Shown here in pieces: positions 8,892-18,595 of a stretch of 64,000 nt of DNA (position 1 is its first letter; each line of letters begins with the position of its first letter). The notes under the pieces are model-generated. The model was given only the letters and a program-made list of their open reading frames with translations. It made no database searches and was not told the origin of the DNA. The DNA comes from a virus. Its lineage: Duplodnaviria; Caudoviricetes. The stretch is taken from the IMG/VR virus record IMGVR_UViG_3300035208_008180. The stretch is one strand, 5' to 3'. The position numbers and the translations under genes were made by a program.

Positions 8892-9475
8892 TAGTAGCTC
8901 TCCAACATTTCGTACCACCATCTGATGCTTTCAAGTCCCTCGGCAGCTAAATCTCTGCCGTCCAGAGCTAAATGGTTATCTTGGCCGGGCATAACAGTAT
9001 ATTTTGCCCTGATTCTACCAATGGCATACTTGACGTGTGCTAATACGCCTTCCTCTTCCAGAATTGATAACATCTCCTCTGGCATTTTCGATTTATACAC
9101 ATCCATCACCCTTTTAATTCTATTGGCAATCTCTGTGTATTGCTCGTCTGTAATTTCCAATGAAACAATTGGAGCACCGAGCATTGCAAAAACAAATTCT
9201 TTTCGCACCATGCTGTCACCTTTCTTGGTGTAATCTAACTTCTGTTCATTTTTTGGCATGTTAGTAGTAATTTGCATTGCCTGCTTCTCTTTGGCACTAA
9301 CAGCGGGAAACTCCACCACAACTGTCTTTTCTACCATATCAATAACCCGCATCATACCCCAAAAGAAGCCATCCTCATTTTTGCAAAACTGGACAGCTTG
9401 ATTTAAATAATCAAATTCCTGTCCATCGTATTTCCATCCTTCATCCTGTAGTCGGCTTTCTATTCTGTATCTCAT
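8891..9475 (-). CDS. hypothetical protein with C-terminal region resembling T4 gp13-like neck protein
   Basis: LGAPIVSLEITDEQ and K..IGRIRAKY..MPG....LDG..L..EG motifs. Confidence 0.45.
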   Translation of the reverse strand: MRYRIESRLQDEGWKYDGQEFDYLNQAVQFCKNEDGFFWGMMRVIDMVEKTVVVEFPAVSAKEKQAMQITTNMPKNEQKLDYTKKGDSMVRKEFVFAMLGAPIVSLEITDEQYTEIANRIKRVMDVYKSKMPEEMLSILEEEGVLAHVKYAIGRIRAKYTVMPGQDNHLALDGRDLAAEGLESIRWWYEMLESY

Positions 9476-9780
9476 TCAATTACCTTATAGCCCCATTCTT
9501 TGGCTTTTACCAATACTTCTTTATGGTAAGCGTCTTTAATTTCTTGCGAACAATGCGATGGATATGGCTTACAAGTCAATCGCCGTCCTATATCTGCCAT
9601 CAATTTCTCTCTGGTAGGAGTATCGTCTGCACCATATTTTGCCATATCCATCAATATATCCCACTCACCATCCATCAAACCACGGATTTCACTCTCTGTA
9701 AGATCAATGCTCAAACAATCCGCAATCATGTCATGGATATCAACAATATCATCAGGCTCTAATTCAATCGAACACTTCAT
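9472..9780 (-). CDS. hypothetical protein
   Basis: overlap-coupled ORF. Confidence 0.55.
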   Translation of the reverse strand: MKCSIELEPDDIVDIHDMIADCLSIDLTESEIRGLMDGEWDILMDMAKYGADDTPTREKLMADIGRRLTCKPYPSHCSQEIKDAYHKEVLVKAKEWGYKVIE

Positions 9781-10015
9781 CTCTTATCCACCCTACTATA
9801 TCTGTGGTTGTTTTATTGCCAAATTCTTTCTCGGTAGCTTCGACTACACTATGGTCGAACGTATGATAATGACCATATCGAAATGGATGATGATTATCGC
9901 TATCGTAGGCATCACACCATTCCCAGCCGAGTTGTTTTAACTTACCAACAACATCTAATTCCTGCAATCCATCGGGCACCTGTATTAACCATTCTCTATG
10001 CTCATAAACTATCAT
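9764..10015 (-). CDS. hypothetical protein
   Basis: overlap-coupled ORF. Confidence 0.5.
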   Translation of the reverse strand: MIVYEHREWLIQVPDGLQELDVVGKLKQLGWEWCDAYDSDNHHPFRYGHYHTFDHSVVEATEKEFGNKTTTDIVGWIRDEVFD

Positions 10016-10515
10016 TCTAAATCTTCTTCTTCAATTTCCTCGGTGGTATCTTCTTTGTCTTTCCTTGCATTGTCTACAAAATCTTGAATGCTGTCTCTCC
10101 ACATGCCATGTCGTTTGACGATACAAGCAAACTCTTCCATATCGTGCGGCTTACAAGATAATTTGAGCACCGGCTCTTCATCATCCTTTTCTTGATATTC
10201 TGCCGCCGTATGACACAATTCGTGGTCAACCAAAGCAATACGCTTATCTTCTGGAAGAACATCCCAAATTGGCTCAGAAATTGTAATAACAAAGAATGGA
10301 TCACCACCACTTTGTTTGTCAGCAGCCAAGTAGGCATTGAGATTGGTTATTTTTCGACATGTGCCCCAAACTTCCGAATCGCCCTTCATAGGAACCTTAT
10401 CTATGAATAAATAATCCACCCGCACATTGAAATCCACAATGTGTTGATGATATTTGGGAATCAACTCATCAGCAATTTTTTTAACTTCTGGAGCGTCTTT
10501 GTAAGTTGTTGTCAT
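10012..10515 (-). CDS. putative phage metallopeptidase
   Basis: ALVDHELCH (HExxH) and downstream PHD.EEF..IV.RHG.W. Confidence 0.8.
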   Translation of the reverse strand: MTTTYKDAPEVKKIADELIPKYHQHIVDFNVRVDYLFIDKVPMKGDSEVWGTCRKITNLNAYLAADKQSGGDPFFVITISEPIWDVLPEDKRIALVDHELCHTAAEYQEKDDEEPVLKLSCKPHDMEEFACIVKRHGMWRDSIQDFVDNARKDKEDTTEEIEEEDLE

Positions 10516-10811
10516 TTTTTATTCCTTTCGTTCATTATGTTGTAAATTAAGTCCCATAACTCGCATGGAACATTATCAGCTATTTCACCAGAATTTTCAT
10601 AATCCCAAATTATTTTACTGGCATTACTAAACAATTGTTTGGATGGTTTATATCCGCCCAGTTCATGTATAGCTCTACTTGCCACTATTTTACTTTTTTG
10701 TGACACATTTAACAATAGGATTTTATGGAGATATTCATCCAATATTTCTATCGGAGTGTTGCTTTTTGTCTCTGGGACAGTTGTGTAAGAGATTCTTTTT
10801 GGAAACTTCAT
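10512..10811 (-). CDS. hypothetical protein
   Basis: coupled ORF. Confidence 0.5.
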   Translation of the reverse strand: MKFPKRISYTTVPETKSNTPIEILDEYLHKILLLNVSQKSKIVASRAIHELGGYKPSKQLFSNASKIIWDYENSGEIADNVPCELWDLIYNIMNERNKK

Positions 10812-10814
10812 AAA

Positions 10815-11177
10815 TCACCAAACTGTTGCTGCTATTAGACCTGCACCGTCTGCCGCCCACTCAAAGGCAGTCTTTTTAATTACTGTAACCCCATCATCTT
10901 GTGTCACAGACAATTCTGTTTCAAGAGGAACTTCGTTGACTTCTATTTCGTCCACAGGACAATCAAGTAAATGATCTACCAACACTTTAGATAAATCACT
11001 TAAGTCAGTGCCTTCTGGAACCAATGGTTCTAAATATAATCGCAAAGCCTCATCTTTAGATTCGGCAGCGAACCACCATTGTTCTCCATCGTCAATTTCA
11101 TACACATTCATTATTCTCTCCTCTACTGGATGTTCATAATTTGGAAGAGAAGTCTCGTACTCATATCTGCTTGTCAT
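10815..11177 (-). CDS. hypothetical acidic protein
   Basis: ORF in gene run. Confidence 0.55.
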   Translation of the reverse strand: MTSRYEYETSLPNYEHPVEERIMNVYEIDDGEQWWFAAESKDEALRLYLEPLVPEGTDLSDLSKVLVDHLLDCPVDEIEVNEVPLETELSVTQDDGVTVIKKTAFEWAADGAGLIAATVW

Positions 11178-11403
11178 TTTTATCCTTTATGCCTAAAACT
11201 TTACTAGTATAATCGACTTTATTACGACTTCCAGAATACAAAGCAATTGAATTATCAATAATTTCAACTTCTATGTCTGCTGCACATAAGTCGTAATCTT
11301 CGAATGTTTTATCTTCGTTATAAATCCTAAAAAAATATTTCTTCACAAAAGGGCTATACAACAAAAATCCACGCACACCTTTGGCTGGCTTTTCTTCGTT
11401 CAT
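11161..11403 (-). CDS. hypothetical protein
   Basis: ATGA-coupled ORF. Confidence 0.55.
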   Translation of the reverse strand: MNEEKPAKGVRGFLLYSPFVKKYFFRIYNEDKTFEDYDLCAADIEVEIIDNSIALYSGSRNKVDYTSKVLGIKDKNDKQI

Positions 11404-11735
11404 TTTGATGCCTTTTTGCGAACTTTCCTAATCTTATGCGGACAAAAATTAGTACCCGTTGTTTCCGATACTTTTTCTTCCCCCATATAAATAAAAACTA
11501 TGGCTGATCCTGTTAGCACCGCTGATGGTCTTGGCTTATATGGCACAGCCAAGATACCATCTTGTGCTATATTGACATAAGAAAACAAGCCCCGCTGCCC
11601 CATCGCCAGCTTTTCCCCAGTTTGAGTAACATAATATGGACCACCAGAGCAACGAAATACATCCCCTGGATGTAGCGTGACCTTAGGGCTATACTTAAAA
11701 GGTTCGGCAGGTGGTTTAGGTTGCTTTTTTTTCAC
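11400..11735 (-). CDS. hypothetical basic protein
   Basis: ORF in gene run, GTG start. Confidence 0.55.
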   Translation of the reverse strand: MKKKQPKPPAEPFKYSPKVTLHPGDVFRCSGGPYYVTQTGEKLAMGQRGLFSYVNIAQDGILAVPYKPRPSAVLTGSAIVFIYMGEEKVSETTGTNFCPHKIRKVRKKASK

Positions 11736-11751
11736 TCAAACACGCTCTTTA

Positions 11752-13089
11752 TCATAATGGCTTGTCATCAAACCTGATTTTCATTTGCTTGCCACCACGA
11801 GCAGGGCTCAGGAACCTTGATGATAACAGATCATACTTCACCGGGTCAACATCAGTTATTCCCAAAAGATAATTTATCATAAACCCGGCACCAGAGCCTC
11901 TGCCCGGCCCTCTTGCCGTGCTTCCCGTGCCGCCGTATAACTCGATGCATTTCTGACGGGCAGCGTCAACCATCATTTTTTGAATAATAAAATACGAAGA
12001 AAACTCCTTCTCTTTCACCAAGGTGTATTCTTCCTGCATTCTGGACAAGTATTCTCTAGTCTTTGGTATGCCTCTTTTAGTCGCACCCTCTTGGATAAGT
12101 TTTTTCAACACTTCATCATCATTGGGAATTTTTGGCAATTTTACCGAGCGATCCAGTTGCACTCCCTTGCATTGTTCGCATATACGCACAGTATTTGCCT
12201 TGGCAGCATTAAACAAATCCTTATCGAGATAAGGGTCAGATGCCCATTTCTCATTGATCTCCTCTTCGGATTTCATCCAGAGATTAGTGTCTTGCAACTC
12301 AAAATATTCTTCAGCTTTACCTTCGGCAACGGCTTGCTCCATATCGGCTACCGTTCTCTTAGAGCCAGTCATAAGCATTAACCGTTGCATTTTGCTGTCT
12401 TCTTTTTTGCAATAATGACAGTCTTGTGTGAGCACTAACGGAATGCCTAATTTTGCATGTGCTTGAACAATGAATTGGTTGTAGGGCTTTTGTTTAACAA
12501 AATCCAACAACATGATTTCCAAATAATAATTTTCACCAAACAAGTTGTGATATTTCTTGATGGTCTCTATAGCCATTTCGGGACCGAAGTTTTTAAATGC
12601 TTGTCCCACTGGACTATTAAAACAACCGCTGCCAACCATCAACCCCTCTTTATGCTGCACTAATTGATCCCAATTAATGCGAGGCTTATAGTAGAAGCCG
12701 TGTAGCCATCCAAAAGAAGTTAAACGAACAAGATTTTTATATCCTGTCTCGTTTTTGGCCCACAAGGTCATGTGATATGACTTCTGCATCGCCTTGCGGG
12801 CTTCTGGTGGCATCTCTTTAAGATACTGCTGCATAGTCTCGCCCTTTTGCACACAGGGCTGTTTTGGTTGATAATAGATTTCTACGCCAAAAATTGGCTG
12901 CAAACCGTGTTTATCGCAGCAAGCGATTTGGTTAGGAACAGCACTCATCATGCCGTGATCGGTAATGCAAAGATATTGTTGATTTATTTCTTTGGAATAA
13001 ATCGCATACTCTTCAACTGTGCCGTATCCATCCAACAAAGAATAATGAGAATGGCGATGCAAATGCTCGAAACCAACTATGTCATTCAT
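11752..13089 (-). CDS. dnaE: DNA polymerase III alpha, N-terminal half only (PHP domain plus start of palm)
   Basis: HLHRHSHYSLLDG, ITDHG, FYYKPRI, TQDCHY, GPGRGSGAG..LGITDVDP; stops just before the expected PDIDxD motif. Confidence 0.9.
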   Translation of the reverse strand: MNDIVGFEHLHRHSHYSLLDGYGTVEEYAIYSKEINQQYLCITDHGMMSAVPNQIACCDKHGLQPIFGVEIYYQPKQPCVQKGETMQQYLKEMPPEARKAMQKSYHMTLWAKNETGYKNLVRLTSFGWLHGFYYKPRINWDQLVQHKEGLMVGSGCFNSPVGQAFKNFGPEMAIETIKKYHNLFGENYYLEIMLLDFVKQKPYNQFIVQAHAKLGIPLVLTQDCHYCKKEDSKMQRLMLMTGSKRTVADMEQAVAEGKAEEYFELQDTNLWMKSEEEINEKWASDPYLDKDLFNAAKANTVRICEQCKGVQLDRSVKLPKIPNDDEVLKKLIQEGATKRGIPKTREYLSRMQEEYTLVKEKEFSSYFIIQKMMVDAARQKCIELYGGTGSTARGPGRGSGAGFMINYLLGITDVDPVKYDLLSSRFLSPARGGKQMKIRFDDKPL

Positions 13090-13286
13090 ATGTGTTTTTT
13101 CAACTCTTCAGTAAAACGAGCAATGATTTCATCAACAGAAACCTCGCCAGCTTCTATGGCTTTCTCAATATCGCCCAAAACCAACTCTTCATCACCCTTC
13201 CTGTCATAATACAGGAAATTGGCAATTAAGTCACTAACATTTACCAAAATTAAATCACGTCTATTCATATTCACCTCCATCATCAT
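13086..13286 (-). CDS. hypothetical protein
   Basis: coupled ORF (FLYYDRKGDEEL). Confidence 0.55.
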   Translation of the reverse strand: MMMEVNMNRRDLILVNVSDLIANFLYYDRKGDEELVLGDIEKAIEAGEVSVDEIIARFTEELKKHI

Positions 13287-13446
13287 CTTCGTGCTCTAAT
13301 GCATTCATTTTACGATTGTTGCATTTAGAGCAGTGGAGTATTGCATACAACTCCCCATCGTCTAATCCTTCTGATTGCTTATGCAGTGTGGGCAGTTGGC
13401 ACTTATCACACCAACATGTTCGTTTATTGACATAGCCCATCTTCAT
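13261..13446 (-). CDS. small Zn-ribbon protein
   Basis: CDKC...CSKC. Confidence 0.5.
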   Translation of the reverse strand: MKMGYVNKRTCWCDKCQLPTLHKQSEGLDDGELYAILHCSKCNNRKMNALEHEDDDGGEYE

Positions 13447-13561
13447 CCTCTGCTATTAATTCTTGTGATCCACAACGAGGGCAATATTCACAGGGCGACT
13501 CTTGTCCATCATTGTCCCAAATCACTTCATACCGTAAGTCGCAATCTTGACATTTAAGCAT
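13424..13561 (-). CDS. small Zn-ribbon protein (45 aa, not in ORF track)
   Basis: MLKCQDC...YCPRCGS, AGGA RBS. Confidence 0.55.
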   Translation of the reverse strand: MLKCQDCDLRYEVIWDNDGQESPCEYCPRCGSQELIAEDEDGLCQ

Positions 13562-13569
13562 AATCGTTC

Positions 13570-13806
13570 CTATCCATCATCATAATTAAATTCATGTTCA
13601 CTTGGCCATTCGCTTTCCAACATGCCTATTTCTTCCTGCACAAGCTCTATTGCTTCAAGAATGTGCTCTATGGCGGCCCTTGGTGACAACTCTTCATTTC
13701 TTACATGCCTAATATTTCTTGCTATCTTTTCCCTTAGCTCATTTATTTTAGGCCAGTAAGGCTCCATTATTTCTTTGCTCCGTGGGATTGTTTCCATTCT
13801 TCCCAT
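13570..13806 (-). CDS. hypothetical protein
   Basis: ORF in gene run. Confidence 0.45.
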   Translation of the reverse strand: MGRMETIPRSKEIMEPYWPKINELREKIARNIRHVRNEELSPRAAIEHILEAIELVQEEIGMLESEWPSEHEFNYDDG

Positions 13807-13976
13807 TCATCTTGAGCTTCCTTGGCTTCTTTGTCCAACTCAGCCATTTCGTTCTTCCACGCTTCATGAACAGATTTGAACGATGCTGTCTTTTCCTTTT
13901 TTTCTGCATGTAGTTCTGCAATTTTTGCAGAAAACTTCACAAATTCATCACTCAATAATAATTCTACATTTTCCAT
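13767..13976 (-). CDS. coiled-coil hypothetical protein
   Basis: start MENVE; charged helical sequence. Confidence 0.55.
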   Translation of the reverse strand: MENVELLLSDEFVKFSAKIAELHAEKKEKTASFKSVHEAWKNEMAELDKEAKEAQDEWEEWKQSHGAKK

Positions 13977-13990
13977 TTTTTTTAACCTTT

Positions 13991-14209
13991 CTATGTAACC
14001 CGCACAGGGTAGTCCATTTCCCACTTTCCAACAACTTCCAGTGTTATATCAAGTGGCTCAACGCCATCGTCAGGATAGTGGTCGAAAACCAATCCATCCG
14101 TGGTTGAACCAATGCGATGGTCAATATAATACACTTCGTTATTCTCTGCTAAAACCAACACGGTTCCGCCATCTAAATAACTATTTTTAACCCAAGCTTT
14201 CATAAACAA
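13991..14209 (-). CDS. hypothetical protein
   Basis: ORF in gene run. Confidence 0.5.
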   Translation of the reverse strand: MFMKAWVKNSYLDGGTVLVLAENNEVYYIDHRIGSTTDGLVFDHYPDDGVEPLDITLEVVGKWEMDYPVRVT

Positions 14210-14622
14210 TTTTCTTCTAAATATTTTTCAATTCTGTCTATCAAAGGCTGATTGGGCATCCCACTATAAAGTGACTCCAAACATTCGCCCAACAATTCTT
14301 CGGCAGTGTCCCGTAACGCTTCGGGGGCTTCCAATGGCTGCTTTTGCCCCCATACAACTTGTTGAATACCAAGGGATTGCAAAAATTCTATCCCCTTACG
14401 GGTTTTTTGTCTTTTGCCCTCACGATATTCAAAATGAGATTCCATATCCTGTGAAAACCCATCGTTTTCACCGTCCCATTCTGGCAAGATTTTCCAAATT
14501 TCCTTGCCAAAGCTCACATCATTAATGTGTAGATTTTTTTTCCAAAAATCCTTTTCCACCAGCCAAATCCCACCCTCTTCGTCATGGTCGCCCAACATGT
14601 AATACAAGTCTGAAGTTTTCAT
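14200..14622 (-). CDS. hypothetical protein
   Basis: AGGA RBS, ORF in gene run. Confidence 0.55.
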   Translation of the reverse strand: MKTSDLYYMLGDHDEEGGIWLVEKDFWKKNLHINDVSFGKEIWKILPEWDGENDGFSQDMESHFEYREGKRQKTRKGIEFLQSLGIQQVVWGQKQPLEAPEALRDTAEELLGECLESLYSGMPNQPLIDRIEKYLEENCL

Positions 14623-14634
14623 TAGCAGATTCCT

Positions 14635-16233
14635 TTATCCAATGATTTTGTCATATTCCTGTCTGTTGACCGCAACAACAGTATCTGGTGATCTGGTGAC
14701 ATAGATCAATTCCTCGCCATCTTTGTCCCTGGTAGCCAATATGACTTCTCTGTTCAACCCCCACAATCTTCGCAGAGAAAGGATGGTATCCTTTGCATAG
14801 GAAGGATATAGCGGATATCCATCCCACTGATGCTGTAACAACATGTGCCCTCTATTTAAATGGTTGGGATCAGCCAGCCGAACATCTGGCAATCCGCCGT
14901 TCAAATAATCGCCAATTAATTTCTTTTTAATTTTCTTATAGTCACGACTCTTGATTACATACTCTCCATTAGGTCGATGTTCCCACTCAAAGAATTCATA
15001 TTTATTGCAAAAATCTTCTGTGAAGAATTCTGAAATAGCGGTGAAATCATTATAGAATTTTCTAACCTCTAATACTTTATCGTGCCCCAAGCCCAATTTT
15101 TCATCCCAATCTTCCCGCTGCTTGATATCTCGGCACTCATCATACAGGGGTCCAAACTGGCCCTTATTCCAACGTTCTTCAATATCTTGAAAAATACAGA
15201 ATCCTAATTTATAGGGATTCATCGAATACTTGCCGCCCAATACCCCCATTTTGTGAATAGCATACTCAACAATGCCATTATCGTGTTCTGACTGGCCCAG
15301 ACTAACGAAACCCTGTACTGCCATTAAGTTAAAATCAACAAAACTAGCCCAGCCTTCGTTGAGCATTTTGGTCGGTCGTTGAGGACTGAAATATATTTCT
15401 TCCTCATAAATCATAGCAACAATATCAGACTGCCAAGGCTGCAAAGGTGCATAATCTCGAATGTACCGCAAAATGTCTTTTGTTGGCTCTTTGAAAATGT
15501 TTAATTCTTCGGCCACCTCCCTTTTTTCCAACCTCTTCCTTTGCTCCTTCATCCATTCTTCTGGATTGAGCCAAGGTTCCATATAATCATGCCCCTCTTG
15601 AACCGGCAAATGTTTTGGATGATGATAATGCCTCACGTCCTGTTTGATCGGGTCTTTAAATTTTCTCTGCTCCCAAGCACTAGCTGGATCGACCAACGTG
15701 GTAATTCTTAGCACATGATCTAAAAATTCTGTGACTTTTTCTTTGCCCCATCGTTGCATGTATTTGCGAATTCGAGTACCATGATTCGCCAATTCATTCA
15801 TCATATTTTGACTAGTTGGCGAAAAGTAAACATTATTTTTGAAAAAGTCATTATGTCCTAAAGCATGAGCAACAACCGTAACATTATCCACCAACGTATT
15901 GGAATCGAGACAGTAAATATAACAAGGATTGCTATTTACAACCATTTCGTAAATGCGATGCAGCCCATGTTCATAACCTTGTTGCAATTCATTGTATTCC
16001 ATTCCCCAACGCCAATGCGGATAACGAACAGGGAATCCACCATAGGATGCTACTTCGCTAATTTCATCATAAGTCAGCATCTGCACGACTGTTGGATAAT
16101 ACACCAATCCAAAGTCGGTTGCTGCTTTCATAATATTGGGAATGACATTTTGCAATTCCTTAGGCAACACTACGCCAGGGATTGTGCTATCACCCATCAA
16201 GATCGGAGAACCACGCATCATTTTGCTTGCCAC
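14635..16233 (-). CDS. spoVR: SpoVR/YcgB family protein
   Basis: GGFPVRYPHWRWG, IYEMVVNSNPC, AHALGHNDFFKNN, TKMLNEGWAS, NPYKLG. Confidence 0.93.
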   Translation of the reverse strand: MASKMMRGSPILMGDSTIPGVVLPKELQNVIPNIMKAATDFGLVYYPTVVQMLTYDEISEVASYGGFPVRYPHWRWGMEYNELQQGYEHGLHRIYEMVVNSNPCYIYCLDSNTLVDNVTVVAHALGHNDFFKNNVYFSPTSQNMMNELANHGTRIRKYMQRWGKEKVTEFLDHVLRITTLVDPASAWEQRKFKDPIKQDVRHYHHPKHLPVQEGHDYMEPWLNPEEWMKEQRKRLEKREVAEELNIFKEPTKDILRYIRDYAPLQPWQSDIVAMIYEEEIYFSPQRPTKMLNEGWASFVDFNLMAVQGFVSLGQSEHDNGIVEYAIHKMGVLGGKYSMNPYKLGFCIFQDIEERWNKGQFGPLYDECRDIKQREDWDEKLGLGHDKVLEVRKFYNDFTAISEFFTEDFCNKYEFFEWEHRPNGEYVIKSRDYKKIKKKLIGDYLNGGLPDVRLADPNHLNRGHMLLQHQWDGYPLYPSYAKDTILSLRRLWGLNREVILATRDKDGEELIYVTRSPDTVVAVNRQEYDKIIG

Positions 16234-16245
16234 TATTTATTTCCT

Positions 16246-17514
16246 TTAATGTTGGTGCATTGTCATCGTATCATCTGCTGGATAGCCATCTTTTGTTTTG
16301 GCAGCACCCAACAAATCCAAAATAGCTTTGGTAATTTGATTATTTCTTTCTTCTTCCGTCAATTGAGGCGTACTATAATAACCAGCAGATATTTTCGTTC
16401 TGGCAGAGGCTTCGTTCATACCAATTCCCGTAGTTTTTAAATTAGGACAATCAGGAAGATTGGTATCAACATATTCCTTTAGGCTATTTTGACTACTCCA
16501 AGGCAAAATTTGAGTAATACCAATTAAATTAACGATGTGCCCTGGAAATTCATTTTTAATAGTATCACAAAAAACCTGATTATCCTCGCCCCAGTTTTCG
16601 CCATCCGTGAAATAAAACACATAAATATTCCATTTCTCAGGAGGATAACGAGCCTCAAACTGCTTGGAAATTAGTTTTAAAGCTGATGAACAAGTTGTTC
16701 CGCCACCATAACGATAACGATAAAATTTATGCTCATCTACTTCTTGAGCAATAGTATCATGCCAAATATAAACACGCTCAGTACGTTTGTAGAAATGTCG
16801 AATCCAAACATCAATCCACCAAGCCATATCGGATACAATATCACATTTATATTGATCCATGCTGCCAGAACCGTCACGGGCAAAAAAGATTACGGCATTA
16901 GAAGAAGGAACATTAAATTCCTTGTACTGCCGATATCGCTTATCACTGTTAATGGGCGTAATCAGTTGTATGGGATCAGGACAACCCGGCACTTCGTGTA
17001 GATTAAAAATCTCTCCAGAAGCACACATTCTCTTCAGTGCCTGTAACCAAGTGCGGCGATTATGTCGCAAAGATTCTGGACCTTGAAGAGCTATGTCATT
17101 ATATTTTATTTTCTTTTCTTCATAAATTTCCTGCGGCTTGGGCTTCATATTTGGAAGAGCCAACTCATCTTTCATAAGCTTCAAAACTTCTTCCATCGAT
17201 ATCTCGACGGTGACGCCTTCTGATTCTTCCTGCCCAGCATCATTGCCTTGCCCTGGCTCTGGGTCTTTGCCAATAACATCACCCTTTTTACCTGGACCTC
17301 TGCCGATGCCTTCCTCTTCTTGACCACGAACAATATGTGGTATATCAATGCGAGGCACAGTAATGCGAAGACGACCATTTTTTCCACGCAATCGCCAAAC
17401 ATTTCTATTTTTGATGTATTTGCTCAATTCTTTGCGAATTTTACCTGAATATACATCAATAAAATCTTGATAATCTTCATCAATGCGTCTTGTAGTCAAC
17501 AAATCATCTAACAT
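16246..17514 (-). CDS. yeaH: YeaH/YhbH (DUF444) vWA-like protein
   Basis: DELALPNMKPK, NAVIFFARDGSGSM, GGTTCSSA, WNIYVFYFTDGENW. Confidence 0.9.
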   Translation of the reverse strand: MLDDLLTTRRIDEDYQDFIDVYSGKIRKELSKYIKNRNVWRLRGKNGRLRITVPRIDIPHIVRGQEEEGIGRGPGKKGDVIGKDPEPGQGNDAGQEESEGVTVEISMEEVLKLMKDELALPNMKPKPQEIYEEKKIKYNDIALQGPESLRHNRRTWLQALKRMCASGEIFNLHEVPGCPDPIQLITPINSDKRYRQYKEFNVPSSNAVIFFARDGSGSMDQYKCDIVSDMAWWIDVWIRHFYKRTERVYIWHDTIAQEVDEHKFYRYRYGGGTTCSSALKLISKQFEARYPPEKWNIYVFYFTDGENWGEDNQVFCDTIKNEFPGHIVNLIGITQILPWSSQNSLKEYVDTNLPDCPNLKTTGIGMNEASARTKISAGYYSTPQLTEEERNNQITKAILDLLGAAKTKDGYPADDTMTMHQH

Positions 17515-17560
17515 AATTAGTTCCTTGATGATGCTATTGTATCAAAATCCCTGCACCTAA

Positions 17561-18595
17561 TCAATACATCAAAATTTTTAAATGCTTAAAAATCCACACG
17601 GCCTTTTTGACATTTTCAAACATCCAGGGCTCTGTTTTCTTGATTAAACCAGAACCACTACCAGTTGACGATCCTCCCAGCAATCCACAAAACAGTCCTG
17701 CCAAACCAAGTTTTTGTGCGGCAAGAGCGTTGACTGCAACTCCTTCTGCACCGCCCGCACCACCATATGTAGGACTTAATTTTGCGTGAGGAGAAACCAA
17801 ATTCACATAATTGGGAAACACACTCAAAAGAATAGATTTCAAGTTGAGAGACTTGTCCTTGTATATATCTTGAAACCCATCATTGCCAAATTGAAAATTG
17901 TCCCAATCCTTCCAATATGGAACTAAAAGAACCCAATTCTCACCACCTAACAACATGCGTTCTTTTAATACTCGCAACAATTCTTTTCGGCACCAATCTT
18001 CTCTGGTCAATCCTGATGTTACCCAATTATATGTGGCATTTATATCATACCACCAAGGGGAATCTTTTATGCCCATAAATTGATAAAAATAAGGCGATGG
18101 AAAAAAATATTCCCCCCAACAACCCAAGCTGCCAACAGTAATAGCATGTTTAAAAGTATTCTTTACTACCCCAATATAATTTTGCGTATAGCTCTCAGCC
18201 TGGGCATGCCAATAACTAAAAAACCTATTGACTAATCTCAGCCCCAATTCATTCCCCCAAGGGAAAAATTGCTCATTTAAATCTTTTAATGCAGGGTTAT
18301 AACTTGCCAACGCTTTCGAGAAATCATTGCCCTGTCCATATTGATTGAGCAAATACCAAGAAGGGTCTGCCCATAGAGGTGTGCCCACCGGAGTGTGGAC
18401 ATACATTTTAACACCATTAGCCCTGGCTAAGTCTTCTGCTTCTAACAATCTGTCAAAATTATATTTGCCAGGAAATGGCTCTGTTTCCCACCAATAATTA
18501 TAATACCACACTGCTTCGATTTCACATTCGGCAAACCTTGCAAAATCATCCTTGCCATAATCTGTGCTATTGTATCCTAAAACTATGACGCTCAT
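17561..18595 (-). CDS. putative glycoside hydrolase-like TIM-barrel protein
   Basis: WWETEPFPGKYNFDRL resembles GH42/GH14-type N-terminal motif; TAATG-coupled to GluRS-like gene. Confidence 0.45.
   Translation of the reverse strand: MSVIVLGYNSTDYGKDDFARFAECEIEAVWYYNYWWETEPFPGKYNFDRLLEAEDLARANGVKMYVHTPVGTPLWADPSWYLLNQYGQGNDFSKALASYNPALKDLNEQFFPWGNELGLRLVNRFFSYWHAQAESYTQNYIGVVKNTFKHAITVGSLGCWGEYFFPSPYFYQFMGIKDSPWWYDINATYNWVTSGLTREDWCRKELLRVLKERMLLGGENWVLLVPYWKDWDNFQFGNDGFQDIYKDKSLNLKSILLSVFPNYVNLVSPHAKLSPTYGGAGGAEGVAVNALAAQKLGLAGLFCGLLGGSSTGSGSGLIKKTEPWMFENVKKAVWIFKHLKILMY

Noticed and set aside
11400-11830. Split intein, intron or frameshift continuing dnaE
   Set aside because: There is no Cys/Ser-initiated intein block at the C-terminus, and I found no PDID-containing continuation in the downstream ORFs.
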